This document shows positions 1 to 14,579 of a stretch of DNA of 64,000 nucleotides, in pieces. Positions within the stretch are counted from its first letter, which is position 1; the number at the start of each line of letters is the position of its first letter. The position numbers were made by a program, and so were the translations under genes. The notes beneath the pieces were generated by a model. It made no database searches, was not told the origin of the DNA, and saw only the letters and a program-made list of their open reading frames with translations. The DNA comes from Octopus vulgaris (Eukaryota): the NCBI GenBank assembly GCA_951406725.2, contig OX597817.1:74896001-74960000 (forward strand), given 5' to 3'.

Positions 1-139
1 GGTTATGTACGAGCTAAATTTACCCTTTCACTTATCAACTATGAAGTCAAGTTAGTAGTTGGCTTTAGCACCCGATTGGTGTTCAGATAGATAGGTTTTT
101 ATCTGAAAATGCTGCTTACCAAATTATCAGTCGTGGACG

Positions 140-490
140 TCATGCTTTGTTTGAGCTAATAGGAGTCTGTTCTAACAATGTCTGGCAGCTTAGTACTGCT
201 GCTATGCTCTAATGTTGCTCAGATTGGCAGAATCGTTGGAGCGTTGGACAGAATGCCTTGCAGTATTTTTTTCAGCTCTTCGCCTTCTAAGTTTAAATGC
301 TAAAGTGGGAGGGGGTGCAAACTTCATGCTTTGTTTGAGTTAACAGGAGTTCGCTTTTTACAGCATCTGGCACCTTAGTACTGTTACTGTGCTTTACTGT
401 TGCTCAAACTATTTATTGTTGTTAAAGCATTGGACAAAATGCCTTGCAGTATTTCTTACAGCTATTCACATTTTTACGTTAAATTCCACC
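140..490. repeat. ~184-bp diverged tandem duplication
   Basis: tcatgctttgtttgag...aatgccttgcagtattt at 140 and 324. Confidence 0.75.
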
Positions 491-616
491 AGGGGTTGAT
501 TTTGCTTTCCTCTTTCTGTGGTTAAGTACCAGTTGAGTAATGGGATGATTTAATAATTTAAAAAAAACCCTTCTTTCCCAAATTTCTAGATTTGTGTCTT
601 TGTTAGAAAAAAATTC

Positions 617-651
<35 letters not shown>

Positions 652-1624
652 GCGACAATCCAGTAGAATTTTTGGCACATTAAACAAAATGCTCAGCAGC
701 ATTTTTTCCTGCTTTATGTTCTGAATTTGAACTCTGTCTTTCATTCTTTTGGGTCTTTAAAATAAGTACCAGTTGGACACTGGAGTTGATGTAACTGGCT
801 TACTCCCACCCCCAAAATTGCTGGCCTTGTGCCAAAATTTAAAACTACTACTACTACCACCACTTCCAAGTGTAGTGGAGTATAGTATTAGGGATAAAAT
901 GCCTTCTGGCATTGGTTCAGGCTTGTTATGTTCTGAATTCAAGTCATCCAGGGTTAACCTTGCCTTTCCTCTCTCTGGGATTAAAATAAAGTATAGGTGA
1001 AGATCTGGGTTCAGAGATTTTTGACTAATTCCCTTCCTTAAAAATTGCTGGCCCTATGTTTAAATTAGAAACAATTATTGTTATTACTCCCTTTTAACCA
1101 AAAGACTGTTACTTTTATTGTTGTTGTTATTACTGTCTGTTATATTAAAGTATTAACAACAGATTCCTGTGATGTAAAAAATCTGTCATGCTATGGAAAA
1201 GGATGGTCAAAGCATGTGTGCAAGGGGGGGAGAAATTCAGATGAATGCTACTGGCCCATACATACACTCACACACATACGAATGTTATTGGCATGTATAC
1301 ATGCACATACAGACACATCACAATTTAATACTTGGTGGGTGTTTCTAATTAAACTGTGGATTATCCATTGAATTACCTAGTTATTGTTATTCTTTCTGCC
1401 CTTCTGAAAAATAAGTTACTATTCATTAAGAGTAAAGTGAAGCATCACACCAAATGTTTAAATGTATGTGCTTTTGTTTTTATTTTTCTCTCTCTCTCTT
1501 TCTGTCTTCTGGGTTCAAATTCACTTTGGTGTTCAATAAAACACCAGTAAGACACTCAAGTTGATATGATTGACTGTACCATATTTAACAAATTTCTTGT
1601 TCTCTGCTGATGTGAACCAATTTG

Positions 1625-1850
1625 TTAACCCTTTTAGCATTTAAACTGTCCATATCAGGCCCAAATATTCTACCTGTTTAATGTTCACCCTAGCCAAATC
1701 AGGTCTTTTACACTTACCTTACAATGTCATTTTCAAAATGAACAATCATCATCAAATCTCAAAGCTTCAAGTTAAAGCATGATTAATTCAAAACAATGTG
1801 AATAAAGAAGCATTCCATTTGACAAAGTAATCTGAATGCTAAAGCATTAA
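1625..1850. mobile_element. TTAA-flanked MITE (same family as 54333-54973 and 56525-56740)
   Basis: TTAA-CCCTTTTAGCATT...AATGCTAAAGCA-TTAA. Confidence 0.7.
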
Positions 1851-4388
1851 GCCTTCAATTAAAGTGGTTTGATTTTATGATGATACTCAAATCACTGTCT
1901 CCAGTATTTTTGGAGGAACTCATTTTGAGTACAATGTATGTGTTTTTATTTTTTTGAACATGTGCTGTGTCTAACTGATATTTTTCACAGAATACAAAGT
2001 GCAGTTAATATCCTAATATATCATTAATTTGTATTCATAATTGTTCTTTCTCTAACTTTAGTGATATTTCATTTAATTTCAACCAACTCCTGCATTCTAG
2101 ACAAGTGGTTGTTAACCCTTGTATGTGTTGAGGGCTCAAAGGAGAGTGGAAAATGTCAGGAATGAGCTATAAATGGACTTCTTTCAGTTTCTGCTTACTA
2201 AATTCACTCGCAAGGCATTGGTTGGCCCCAGGTTATAGAAGACACCCAAGATGCCATGCAGTGGTACTGAGTCCAAGACCACATGGTTGTGAAGCGACTT
2301 TCTTATCCATGCTTTGCTGAGCTTAGAATATGACTCAGACATTGCACTACCAGTAATCAAAAACATAGCTGGTTCTGTACTAAGGCCCAAAATAATTTTG
2401 TTACATAAATGCTTGTCTTCTTTAGTAATTTTCATACAAATTTATGATAGTGGGCATTAGTCCCCTGTTAGTATCTAAAAGGAAGCAGAAGCTGGATATG
2501 ATTATATCAGAAAATATAAATAGATGCATGCATGGCTATGTAGTTAAGATGCTCTCTTTGCAACCACATAGTTCCAGGTTTAGTCCCACTGTGCAGCTGC
2601 TTGGGCAAGTGTCTTTCTATTGTAGTCCCAGGCAGACCAATGTCTTCTGAGTGAATTTGGTTGATGGAAGCTGTGTGTATGTGTGTCCTCGCCCATCCAC
2701 TTTTTGACAACTGGTGTTGATTTGGTTACTTCCCTGTAACTTAGCAGTTCAGCAAAAGAGACTGATGGAAACTACTGGGTTTGATTTGTCCAGCATGGCT
2801 GTAATCTAATGACTGAAAGAAAATAAAGAAAATAAAAATAAACCAGTAAATCACTGCCCCAAACTAGCTTGTGTTTGATGATACATTTTTAAAAAATTTA
2901 TTTATCTATTTATTTGCAAAATTTGGGTAGGTGGCATTTGTAAAACCCTATCCAGTAAACAGAGTTGCTGAGCTACAAAAGGTTCTAGATAATTGTAAGT
3001 TTTTATATTGTAGAATAAGAAATTTTCCATAGATTTTTCAGGACATTTTCATTGGTTAAAATGATAATGTCTACAAGCAAAAAAATAAGTAAACACTTCT
3101 TTAAAATTTTTTTGTTTGATGGGTTTTACTTTATCTCTCTTTCAGTAAGTACTGTAGCTTGTCTTATACTGTGGTTTTGACACTTACAAAACTCTAATAT
3201 GTGATGTGTGCTTGCATTGTTTGGTTTTTATTGGCCTTATTTGCAGAGTTTCTTGAGCACATATTTACTAGTCCTGTTTTACCTCTTTATATAAACCCAA
3301 ATTTCCTCAGTACTTGACCAACTGAGACAGTGTGGTTGATTGTTTCATTGCAGCTACATCACATTCCATAGTTTTTGCCAGTTTCCTTATTTTTTTTTTT
3401 AATGATCCTCAAGAAATTGTTATAAAGACACTTATCTCAAGCTGTCAACGACATACTTTACATTTTTTATCCTTGATCTCCCAAACCAAAGTTAACTCTT
3501 ACTGTTCAAGCTTCAGTATTTGATTTCTTACAAGGACTTAACAAAGCTCAGTTTTCCTTCCACCATTATTTAGTGTCTGTTTTTCCATGCTGGCAAGGGT
3601 TGGACAGCTTGGCAGGATCGGACTAGCTCAAGTGTCAGCTTTGGCATGGTTTCTATGACCAGATGCTCTTTGTAATGCCAGTCACTTCAGTGTGTACTGG
3701 GTGTTTTTATGGTACTGGCAATGGTGAGGTCACCAAGATGAAAAGAAAAGGGGAAAAGTCTCATCAACTGGGGTGAGAGGGGAAGGTGGCTTTATGCCAG
3801 GTGTTAAGAGGCTAAAATATGACAGGAGAACAAGCAGAAGGTGGATAGGAGTAGTTGGAAAGATAAAGATGATGGTGATGTGATGTAAGGGCATGCTCTC
3901 AAGGTACAATGTGTTCTGAATTCATTTTCTGTGATCTCCTTTTATAACTACAAGGATTTATACCCTTCTCCACACCAAATAGTTTTATATAAGGAATAGG
4001 AAAATATTCTCTTATGTATATTCTATTGCTTAACCATTTGTACTAAACTGCTCACATAGTTGTTTAACCTCAAGTCAGCCTTGATGAAACAGATCATGTA
4101 TAGTTAAGAAGTTTAGTTTGCAATCCGAAGGTTTCAGGTTCAGTTCCACTACGTGGCACCTTTGGCAAGTATGTTCTGTTATAGCCCAGGCTGATCAATG
4201 CCTTGTGAATGAATTTAGTAGATAGAAACTATATGGAAGATCATTGTGTGTGTGAGAGAGAGAGACAGACAGAGACAGAGTTCAAAATATAGAATGAGTA
4301 AAAAACCAGCACAAGAGTTTACTGTGGACGAAACAATATAACAAGACAATAAGAATCAGGAGCACATTTATCTACGCACTCTCTATCT

Positions 4389-4423
<35 letters not shown>

Positions 4424-7400
4424 TACCATGTACCTCCTGTCTAGCAAGACACCTACTTCTGCCTCTGTTTCTCTGTTACACTCTAACCTTTCATCATCTG
4501 ATACTAGATCACCTCCTCTAATGTCCCCTGTGTTGGGGCAAGACACCTGCTTCTGTCTCATTGTCACACTATAACCTTTCATCTTCTGACACAAGTTCCC
4601 CTCCTCAAATGCCCCACCTCTCTCATAATTCCTTGACTTGCAAGTTACTTGGTTACCCTGCTAGTGTTGGTTCCAAGTTAAAAACATCCAGTCCACGCTG
4701 TAATGTGGTTGACATTTAGAAGGGCCTCCAGGTGTAAAAATCATGCATGCATGGAAGATGGATGTTAAATGATGGTGATATGTTTTGTGTGTGTGTTTGT
4801 TTCTCTCACCCTTGCTTGACATCCAGTATTGGTTTGCTTACATCTCCATAATTTAGCAGTTCAGCAAAAGAAACCATTGGAATTGGAATAAGTATCAGAC
4901 TTAAAAATAAAGCATTCAGATTGATTTGTTGGGCTAAAACCTTCAAAGCAGTGTTCTTGCATGGCTGCAGTCTAATGTCTAAATCAAGTAAAGAATTAAA
5001 GAAGATAGTGTATGTAAGATTACATTATCTAATATGTTTTTTGGGATAGTTTTAAGATGGTAGGGTGTGATTTGAGGAAAATTTGATTGCTATTTCCAAC
5101 AGGTTGAACAACCACTTAGGGGCTCTCTCATAGGTTCATTCTGTTCATGTCGTCTCTGCTGTACTTTTATGTCAGGTTAGAGTGGTATTTTTATAATAGT
5201 TCCATAATTGATGATCTGTTTTATTGGATACCCATAATAATTATGGCTTGTCAGTATTTTGCTTTTAGGTGATGTAGGTTATTTTGTTGAGGCTCTTTTT
5301 TCTTCCTTTGTTGTGCTCCTGATTCGTATTGTCTTGTTATTTTGTTTCATTCACAGTATAATTTTCTGTGCTAGTTTTTTTTCTCATTCTATATTTTGAA
5401 CTCACACATTGCTCACTATCTATTTGCCTTCCCCCCCCTCTCTATTTATTTGTGTCTCTGTCCTTAGATTGGATGAGAAAACCTTTGTTAGTGTTGATGC
5501 TTTTTTTTCATATTTTGTAATTCTTGTTCTTTCTACTTTGGCTGAGATCACCAACTTAAGTCTTTGTGCATGCGCGTGTGTGTGTGTGTGTGCAATGGAG
5601 TGAAGTGGCTTGGCTTATTTTTGTAATTTTATACTTTTTAATTATGCTTTATTTTTGGTGAGAAACTTCTCTACATCTCACAAATAGTGGAAGTATTTTC
5701 TTGTGGTGCTGCTTTTTTTCATTTTTTTTGTTGTTATATTATGTTAGTTCTGAAGGTTTGTGTACTTTGTGTTCATCCATTAGATACCAGTTTCTAAGAT
5801 CACAAGCGTTTCAGCTTTACAGAGAATCTAGTTTAGCTTAGTTGGTTCCATTAAGATCGCTTTTTTTACTTTTAAGATCTAAGAGACTGCATTGTACGAG
5901 GTATCTCCTTCCAATTATGTGCCTTTAAAAACAAAAGGAATGGTTTGCTTTCTATTCTTTCATAGGGAAATATTCCTGGCATCTGCCCTCCTTCCCACAC
6001 TAAATATTCTTGTACAGCTTTGTAATAAATATGTATTATTGGAAATAATTTTTTTCCTTTGAAGTAGGCTGACATTTTGTTATATTGGCAGTGTCTGTAT
6101 GTTCATTATTTATGTCAGTTGTCTTTACATTGCATATATGTTCTTTTAACCTATATACATGTGTGTGTGTGAGTTTGCATGCGAGCTTTCTAAGCGCACT
6201 ATTTCAGAGCCCATACATAGAGGATTTAACCACAAACTTAACTTTATAATTTGTTTTATCATTGATATTATTTTTAAGAGCAAAGGTTGGCAAAAAATGA
6301 CGGTGCCAAATCAAAAGTATCAGTTAAGTACTAGTCAATTATATTCCAATCCAAAATGTGAGTCCTGCCTAAGTTACAAATCATTATTAGATAAAAGTAT
6401 TATCATCACTGACACTAAGATAGCAAGCTGGCAGGATCAGTAGCATATCAGATGAAATGTTTAGTGCCATTTCTTCCAACTCTTTATCTTCTGAGTTCAA
6501 ATCCTGCTGAAGCCAACTTTGCTTTTCATCCTATCAGGGTCAATAAAATAGAAGTACCAGTCAAGTACTGAAGTTACTGTAATTAATTAATCCACTGCCT
6601 CTAAAATTTCTGGCATTGTACCAAAATTTGAAACTACTATTACTGATACCATTATTGCTATGTTAGTATTAGTTCTACTGCTCCTAGTGACAGACAATAC
6701 AAACAGGTTTCTGATTCACAATTAAAACTATTTTTCCTTGTATTGCAACCTTGGGTAAACCTAAACATCACAACTTTCTATTCTCCTCTATAAATCTCAT
6801 GTGTGTTATTTTAGTAATTTATTACTATTGTGGTTAAGTGCAGTAACATCTTGTGTGAGGTAGCATATTCTGATCTTCTGAATTAAAGGTTTGTATCCTG
6901 TTGAAAATATAATAATTCATATAACATTTGTAATATATGTACAAACATAGAAAGGCACTAACTGCAATAGTTTGTCTCAGAGAAACATCTCAAAGAGACT
7001 TGTGTGTTAAAAAAAATCTCAGGGTTCACTCAGAACTTCAGTGGCAGATGGTTAGACACTGGTGTTTTGATTTTATATGCTCTCCTCGGTGATGAGCATA
7101 CCTGAACATTCTGAGTTAAACTAAAAGATATTTGTTCTGGTACAGAAATCAGTAAATAAAAGCATTCACTGGTTTGTATGAAATTTTAAAATCCTCTATG
7201 TATGGGCTCCAAAATAGTATGAAAGGTGGTCAGGCTAAAATTAGTCAATTATACACACTTGAAACAACATTAGATTAAAATAATGATGTTTATAACAATG
7301 TATATGCAAACAAAGTGCTAATGCCTATTTATTATGAAGATTTTAAATTTATTTTCTTGCCTTCATAAGTATAATTAATTATCACTATTATTACAATGCC

Positions 7401-8412
7401 AAAATGGATGAATATATTAAACTATCAGCCTATAGTTTGTGAGTTTATATTCACTGCATGTGGTTTTGATGTATTTCAGGGTAGATCATTCAACTCTATG
7501 GGCATCAAAGATCAGGGATTTTTATTATTATTATTATTATTATTATGTGGTGGTACCTACAGTAGACTTGGCCATTTTCTCCACATGTTAGTAGTAATGG
7601 ATCTCCTTTGTTAGACAATGAGGATTCAGTTGTTTGATGAACTGCATTTCCTGCATTTGAATTAGCATTTAAGTCATTAAACATGCCACAGGTACATGTA
7701 CCTTTAAGATAATTTTGCAAAAGTATCAGTGTAACACTGTGTTTGTGACAGAGATGTACCTTTTGAATTATAGGTACAATCTCCACCTGACAAGTTTCTA
7801 AGCAGTTTCTGCTTACCCTGTTTCACTTACAAGGTATGACATTGACTTAAGGCAAGAGGAAATGACATTTACCCAATATACCAGGCAATGGGATTGAATC
7901 CAGGAACTCGTGGTTGTGAAATGATCTTAACTATTTGACTATTCTATCTTAGTACTTTCTAAATAAACTAAGGAAGCATCTGTTATTATTGTACTTTATA
8001 AAATAGGGCAGTGGATAGCAGAATCAGTAGAGTGTTAACAAAATTGCATTGTAATATTTAGTCCTTCCCATTTACATTCTGGGTTTAAATCTTGCCAGTG
8101 ACAACTTTTATCTTTTCAGCTCAGATAAAATAACTACCAACTAGTCGATTTAATTGACTGTACATCCACCCTGCCAAAATGTATTGCTTTTGCTGCCTAT
8201 ACTAGAATTATTATCGGGATTTGGGATTAATATTTATACTTAAGATTTAGGTTATAGAAATAAATAGCTGCTTCCTAAAATAGTTGACATTGTTCAAAAT
8301 GTTGTGTTGAAAGTTTTTGAGTGTGAAGAATAATGAAGTTAAAAGTTTAGTGTGCAAGTTTTTATAGAGTTTTGAAAAAATCTTCTAAGTTTCCCTTTCT
8401 TTTTTGCTACAG

Positions 8413-8525
8413 AATTGTCTCGACCTACTTAGTCCACCATGGCTTCTGCTCCACTGCAGAAGCTTTCGCTAGATCTGCAGGACAGTCCTTCGAAGAAGAA
8501 ATCACTTCAATAAAAAATAGACAAA
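8413..8525 (+). CDS. RANBP9: RanBP9/RanBP10 (RanBPM) orthologue, internal exon (LisH motif); upstream SPRY exons lie outside the window
   Basis: ttgctacAG acceptor and GTAAGT donor. Translates [37 protein letters not shown], matching the RanBP9/10 LisH region (recalled as VSSYLVHHGYCATAEAFAR). Ends in phase 1, compatible with the next exon. Confidence 0.92.
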
Positions 8526-8820
8526 GTAAGTTGTTACAATATGGCTGAGGGGAAAAAATACCTCAAGGAAACATTCTCTCTCACACCCTCTTTTTCTCCA
8601 CTCTCTCTATCTCTCTTTTACTCTCTCCCTCTCTCACTTTCTATTCAGTGAAGTAAGTCTTTATTCTTACTAATGTTTTCTATATGGTCTATCAGTAAAT
8701 CTACTTATATTTTGTGAGTAAAGATTTAGCTGCTTCTGCTTATATTTAAAACCAAGAATTTTCTACCATTTCTTTTTAATTTCTTTTTTTTTCTTCCTTC
8801 CTTTCTTACTTTTATTGATT

Positions 8821-8862
<42 letters not shown>

Positions 8863-10588
8863 GATGATGATATATCACTGTATTTGTTATGATGTAGATA
8901 GTGTAATGATATAAAATGTAATAAACTTAAGATTATTTGTATCACAATTTCATATGAATGGGTGAGTCAATTGAGAGTTGGACAACAAGATGACTGATTG
9001 ATCATTTGTATTCTCTCACTGGCATTTACATTATGTCCATGGCTAAATCCATCTTGCTGTGTAATTAGTGACTTCACTGTGGCATTGCTTGTAGAATTTA
9101 TTGGTTTGTAGTGAAAGGATTTCCCTTCTTCCTACAGGAAAAGCTGCCTACAATAGATCTTATCTTCCTTCCATGTAATACTGAGCAAGGATCTTATCTT
9201 TCTTCCACTCAGTACTGAAATATGCTAAGCTCTGTCCACACAAGTCGTCGTAATCCAGAAAAGGATTTATACAATAACATAGTAATTGTTGCCAGGGATC
9301 TAATATGTTTGTAATATAAAAGTGACCAAAACCTAGCAGCTTATCAGATCTTGAGATAAGCAGTTATTAAAGTTTTGATCAGTCTAGAATTAAATGCATT
9401 TACAGATTCAATGCTTCAAATTCTGTAAATGAGAATTGTATCAAATAGAACAGGGCATATTCTAGAACCAAAAGGCAAAATAGCCAGAAAAATGAATAAT
9501 TTCAGCGGTGGTGCCCCAGCATGGCCACGGCCTTCGGGCTAAAACATTTTTAAGGATTTAAAGATTTAATACAAAATAAGAAGTTAAAATATTTAAGGAC
9601 AAATAGTTGATGATATTAAATAGAGAAGGTACCTAATTTTTGTAAAACATTAATTATATATTAATAAATTGTCCTGTGTATGGAGAACAGTGAAATCAAA
9701 ATGATGCTGGAACATATTAAGAATTAATGTGTACGTCATTGTTTTAATTTTCACTGTTCTTTGTGTAACTTAGCAATTTATTATCAGTTTGGCAGGCATC
9801 TACATGCATCAGCAAATAATTTGTTTGTTGCAGTATATAAACAAGAGCCAAAACCCTTGTTTAGATTTATTGATTTGAGGCTAGCTTTGACCAAAGAAAC
9901 ACAACCAGGCCAAAACACTGTCCCAACATCCCCCTCCTTCAGTAAACTGAGTGTGTTGCAAGCGCATATTGTCTGAAAGTAGTTGTTCTCTGAAGACTAA
10001 ATACAGAAGTGATTAGCATATTTGTGCTTGACTCTGTCAGAACGTATTAAGAACGACTATGTACGATATTGTTAATATATATTTCTACTGGAAATTGAAG
10101 CTGCACTCAGATTTTTACAGGTGATTGTTGAGTACTCTTTTCCTGTTCTCACACAGGGACAAATGATAAATTATTCCTGATTGGGATTCTGTCTTCCTTA
10201 TCAAGTAGAATTAACCAATTGGATTATAAGGTTGTATTTATATAAACACAACCAAACACTTTAATCACTTAAGGCATTTTATTAAACTTTACACACTATT
10301 GCTTCTCAGAAATTGGTGCTGTTACATAGCCAAAATCAATATATTGGTGATTACTGTATAAATAAAGTATACTAGTGAATCAATAAGTAAGAAGAATTGT
10401 TTCTCCAACCAAGAAAATATTAATTGCACTCAATAAATGTAAATTTTTAACTCGTTTCTTTTCTCTTTTTTTTTTTATAATAAAAAAAATGCTCCTTTCT
10501 GGTTTTGTATTTATATATAAATAGAAATTGTCTACCATCAGTTCCTGTCTTCCTTATTTTAAAATGGGTTTTCTTTACTTCATTGTAG

Positions 10589-11161
10589 AAATACAAAAGC
10601 TGGTTCTTGCTGGTCGTATGGGTGAAGCAATCGACACAACACATCAGCTTTACCCAGGATTGTTGGAAAGACGAGCCAACTTACTATTTATGCTCAAATG
10701 TAGACAGTTTATCGAAATGGTCAATGGCACAGACAGTGAAGTGCGAGGTGCCGCAATCCGAAGTCCCAAATCCCATGGTGGAAGCAGCCGTTCCAGTCCA
10801 AGCATGAGTCCTAGTCATCACGGTAGTGGCTACAGTTATTTAGCTCATAGGTCTGTGACGCAACAGTCTGTTTCCACTGGCAATAGCCCAAATAGAAATC
10901 TAATTAACAAAGGGCACAGTTCTGGCTGTCCCCAAAATAACGATCCCCAAGCATTGTCTGAATCAGACATGAATGCTGCTAATGCTGCCATGAATGGAAG
11001 CAACAATAACAATGTCCCATCAAGACTTATTGAAAATGAAGATGTTGAAATGAGTGATGGGCTCTCCTCCTCAGGAAATGGTACCATGAGCAATGGTACT
11101 GCTGAAGTTACATATGCTAATGGAAATACATGTGATGATTATGATGATACAGAAGACATGG
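10589..11161 (+). CDS. RANBP9: RanBP9/10 exon: CTLH domain plus S/N-rich linker
   Basis: cattgtAG acceptor, GTGAGT donor. [52 protein letters not shown] is the RanBP9/10 CTLH signature. Lies inside ORF 10528..11232. Confidence 0.95.
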
Positions 11162-12045
11162 GTGAGTGCTTACAGTTTCTTTTTTATTTTTTTATTTTCA
11201 TTTATTTATTCACCACTATGATTAGAGAGTAATGAGGTTTTAATTTTGTGGGTCTACTGTAGTCAAAAACACCTTTTTCCTATATTTTGCAAATCAATTT
11301 TATTTCTTATACCAAATATTTTTAGACAGAAAGGTTTCAAGTTGCTATGTCTATTGCTTTTTACTTGTGTCAATCACTGGACTGTGGCCATTCTGGAGCA
11401 CTGCTATGAAGGGTTTAGTCAAGTAAATCAACCTCAGTACTTTTTTTTTAAAGTCTGGTGCTTATTGTATCAGTCTCTTTTACCAAACTGCTAACACTGA
11501 TTGTCAAGTGAGGAGGTAGGTTCATGAACACACGCACGCACACACAATGGACTTCCAAACATCCTCCCTCCACCAAATTCACTCACAAGGCATTAGGCAT
11601 CGTGGGACTGTAGTAAAAGACTCTTGCTCAAGGTATACAATGGGACTGAACCCAAAACCCTATGGTTGCACAGTGAGCTTCTTAACCACATTCAAATTTA
11701 ATAATTTAGCAAGAGATGGTGGAGTAAGTTTTTTATAGATTGATGCCCTACCAAATACAAAGCGAGATCAGGATCCAATTTCAGCTGCTTTTCAGCAAAT
11801 ATACTATCGATGGTATCCATGGATCCACTAAAATTCACTAAAATAATGGCAGATGTACCTTTCTCTTATCTTCTACTTGCTTTAGTCATTTGACTACAGC
11901 CATGCTGGGGCACTGCCTTGAACGGTTTTTAGTTGAATGAGTTGACCCCAGTATTTATTTTGTTGGTTCCTTTTGGCTAAACTGCTAAGTAGTGGGGATG
12001 TAAACAAACCAACACTAGTTAAGCAGCAGTGAGTGGAAACACAAG

Positions 12046-12112
<67 letters not shown>

Positions 12113-12374
12113 TAAAAATAAATAGAGAAGATGGAATGTACCAAAAAAAAAATTTATATTACTACAATTATTTCATCTTCATGATGCACTGCTCCTTTGT
12201 GTGTGTGGAACATTGCAATAACACCCAGATGCAACTCACAGTGCATAGAAGACTCCTCAGGTGGGATAATAAGGTTTTAAGCTGGGAGGTTTACATTTGA
12301 GTTTCGCTGTATTGAGAGATTTTAACAATTAGACAGGCGTCATTAAAGATGTAAAGTATTTGTCTTATTTGGAT

Positions 12375-12410
<36 letters not shown>

Positions 12411-12779
12411 ACAGGCTTCTTTCACTTTGCATGTACCAAATCTACTCAAAAGGTTTTGATCAGTCCAAGGCTATAATAGAAGGAACGTGCTGTGCAGTGA
12501 GACAAAACCTAGAACCATGCAGTTGGGACAGAAACTTAACACACAGCCACACCTGTGCCTGTATACATGATTTGAAAAAAAAAATGATTCAGTAATCAAT
12601 CTGTTTCTATTAAGGATGAAATCATGAAAGAAATTTCTCATTATTCATTGAATTCTCATTTCTTAATTAAAGTTGTTGTAAAATACAAATGGAACAAAGT
12701 TTTATATGCATTGTGTAGGTTAGTTACTTTCTAGAATAAAGCTTCGCTGATTATCATGCATAAGATATCTATTCTGCAG

Positions 12780-12931
12780 AAGTGGATTCCCCCTCGCAGA
12801 AGCGACAGCTGTGCGGTGGTAGTCAAGCAGCAATTGAGAAGATGCTACAATTTGGTCGTGAGCTTCAGGGGATGAGCCTGCAGTTACGGAGACAGTATGG
12901 CAAGAATGAGACCAATAAAAGAGCTTTGTTG
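12780..12931 (+). CDS. RANBP9: RanBP9/10 exon: start of CRA domain
   Basis: ctgcAG acceptor, GTGAGA donor. [51 protein letters not shown]. Phases 1/0 are consistent with neighbours. Confidence 0.93.
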
Positions 12932-14579
12932 GTGAGATTTTTTTTTTCTTTTTTTTTTTTTTGCATATATGTCTACTTTGTATATTGAGGTGTGAGTTTT
13001 GTTGTTTTGTGGGTTGGGTAGACAATGGTACCATGATAAAAGTAAGTTGTGCATGCTGGGTTTTCATTGAGAAGGGCAACCAGCTGTAGAAACCATGGCA
13101 AAGTAGGCACTGGATCATGATGCAGTCCTGAGATTTGTTAGATCCTGTCAAACCATCCAACCCATGCCAACATGAAAGACAGATATTGTGATGATCATGA
13201 TGAAATATCACTGTGTGTTTGTGTGCACATATATATTTAATAATAGTTCCATAATGCACTGTGTTCTAGAGGCAAGTACTTTTGATTTCATATTAGTGTG
13301 CCTAAGTTGAGTCAGTGTCATGAAGTTCATCTTTCTCCAGGTGGGTAATGAAACATTGCGCACCAGTACTGTTCAGTAATGTGTCTGTCAATAGCAATAA
13401 GCTCACAATCACTAGATGGTGGGTTCAATTCCCAGTTCAGGCAAAACACTTCATTTCACATTGTTCCAGTTACACTTTCTGATCAGGAGACAATGCTGGT
13501 CTGCTTGCCTAGCCAGCAGGGTGGCATCATACAAAACTAAAATTATGCGCAGTGCATTGTGACCAGCAATGTGTAACAACATCTAATGGTCTGGTCGGTC
13601 ACATCATCATATGTGAGAAATGAAGGGTGAAAGATTGCATTTAGTTTCATTTTTAACTTTCTAATTCCACAAGATTTTCAGTTAATATTCAACTTCAACT
13701 ACTAATACTGTGTATATAAATCCTTTTTACAAAAAAAGAAAATGCCCTCTTACAAAAACTGATATGCTATTCATTTTGCAAACCTTTTTTACTCCCCCCC
13801 CCCCTAACTCTCCTAGCAAATACCTGAGTTTTCTCTGACACCAAGTATCATAACTATATATGCAATATTCATGTTCTTTGAATAAAAAAATAAGTAAAGG
13901 AAACCTTGTTTTATATTGGTTCTCAATTTCAAAAATTAACTGATGAGAAAACAAGTCTGTGATTTTATAGAGTAGGTCAAGCTAGACATTAAAGTTCTTT
14001 TCATGTTCCATTGACTGATTTCACTAAAAAAAATGGTTTCAGTAATCCAACTGCAGCTTTTTGCTAACCGTTTTGATTTCTCTTGTATTTAGCAGATTCT
14101 TAGTCCTCATTTCCTTGCATGTTACTCAAATCATTTGTAACTCTTTCTGTCCTTATTCTGGACAATATTCATCATTAGTTTCTAAGATTACAGTCCTGGT
14201 AATTAGTGTGTTAGTGGACCTTTTCTAGGATCAGATCTAGTATTTTAATGGACCCTTTCTAAATCCTTGAGATATTAAGCTTTTAGGAGTGACGATTCCT
14301 TATGGATGCAATGAATAACCATTATATCTTTTTTCTGCTTTGATTTTGTCACATACTTCCATGTGAATTGTAAAAATTAGTCTACTGCCTTTGAAAAAAA
14401 AAAATGTTTATTAATTATGATTTTAATTATTTCTCAAATATTGTAAATTTTTGATGTTTATAAAGGCACAAGCATGGCTATGTTAAGAAGTTTGCTTCCC
14501 AACCACTTGGTTTTGGGTTCAATCCCACAGGATGACATCTTAGAATTAGTGTTTTCTACTAAGGTTAACCGAAGCCTTG

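Noticed and set aside
4322-4340. CTGTGGA-C-GAAAC
   Set aside because: No room for stem II and no stem I.
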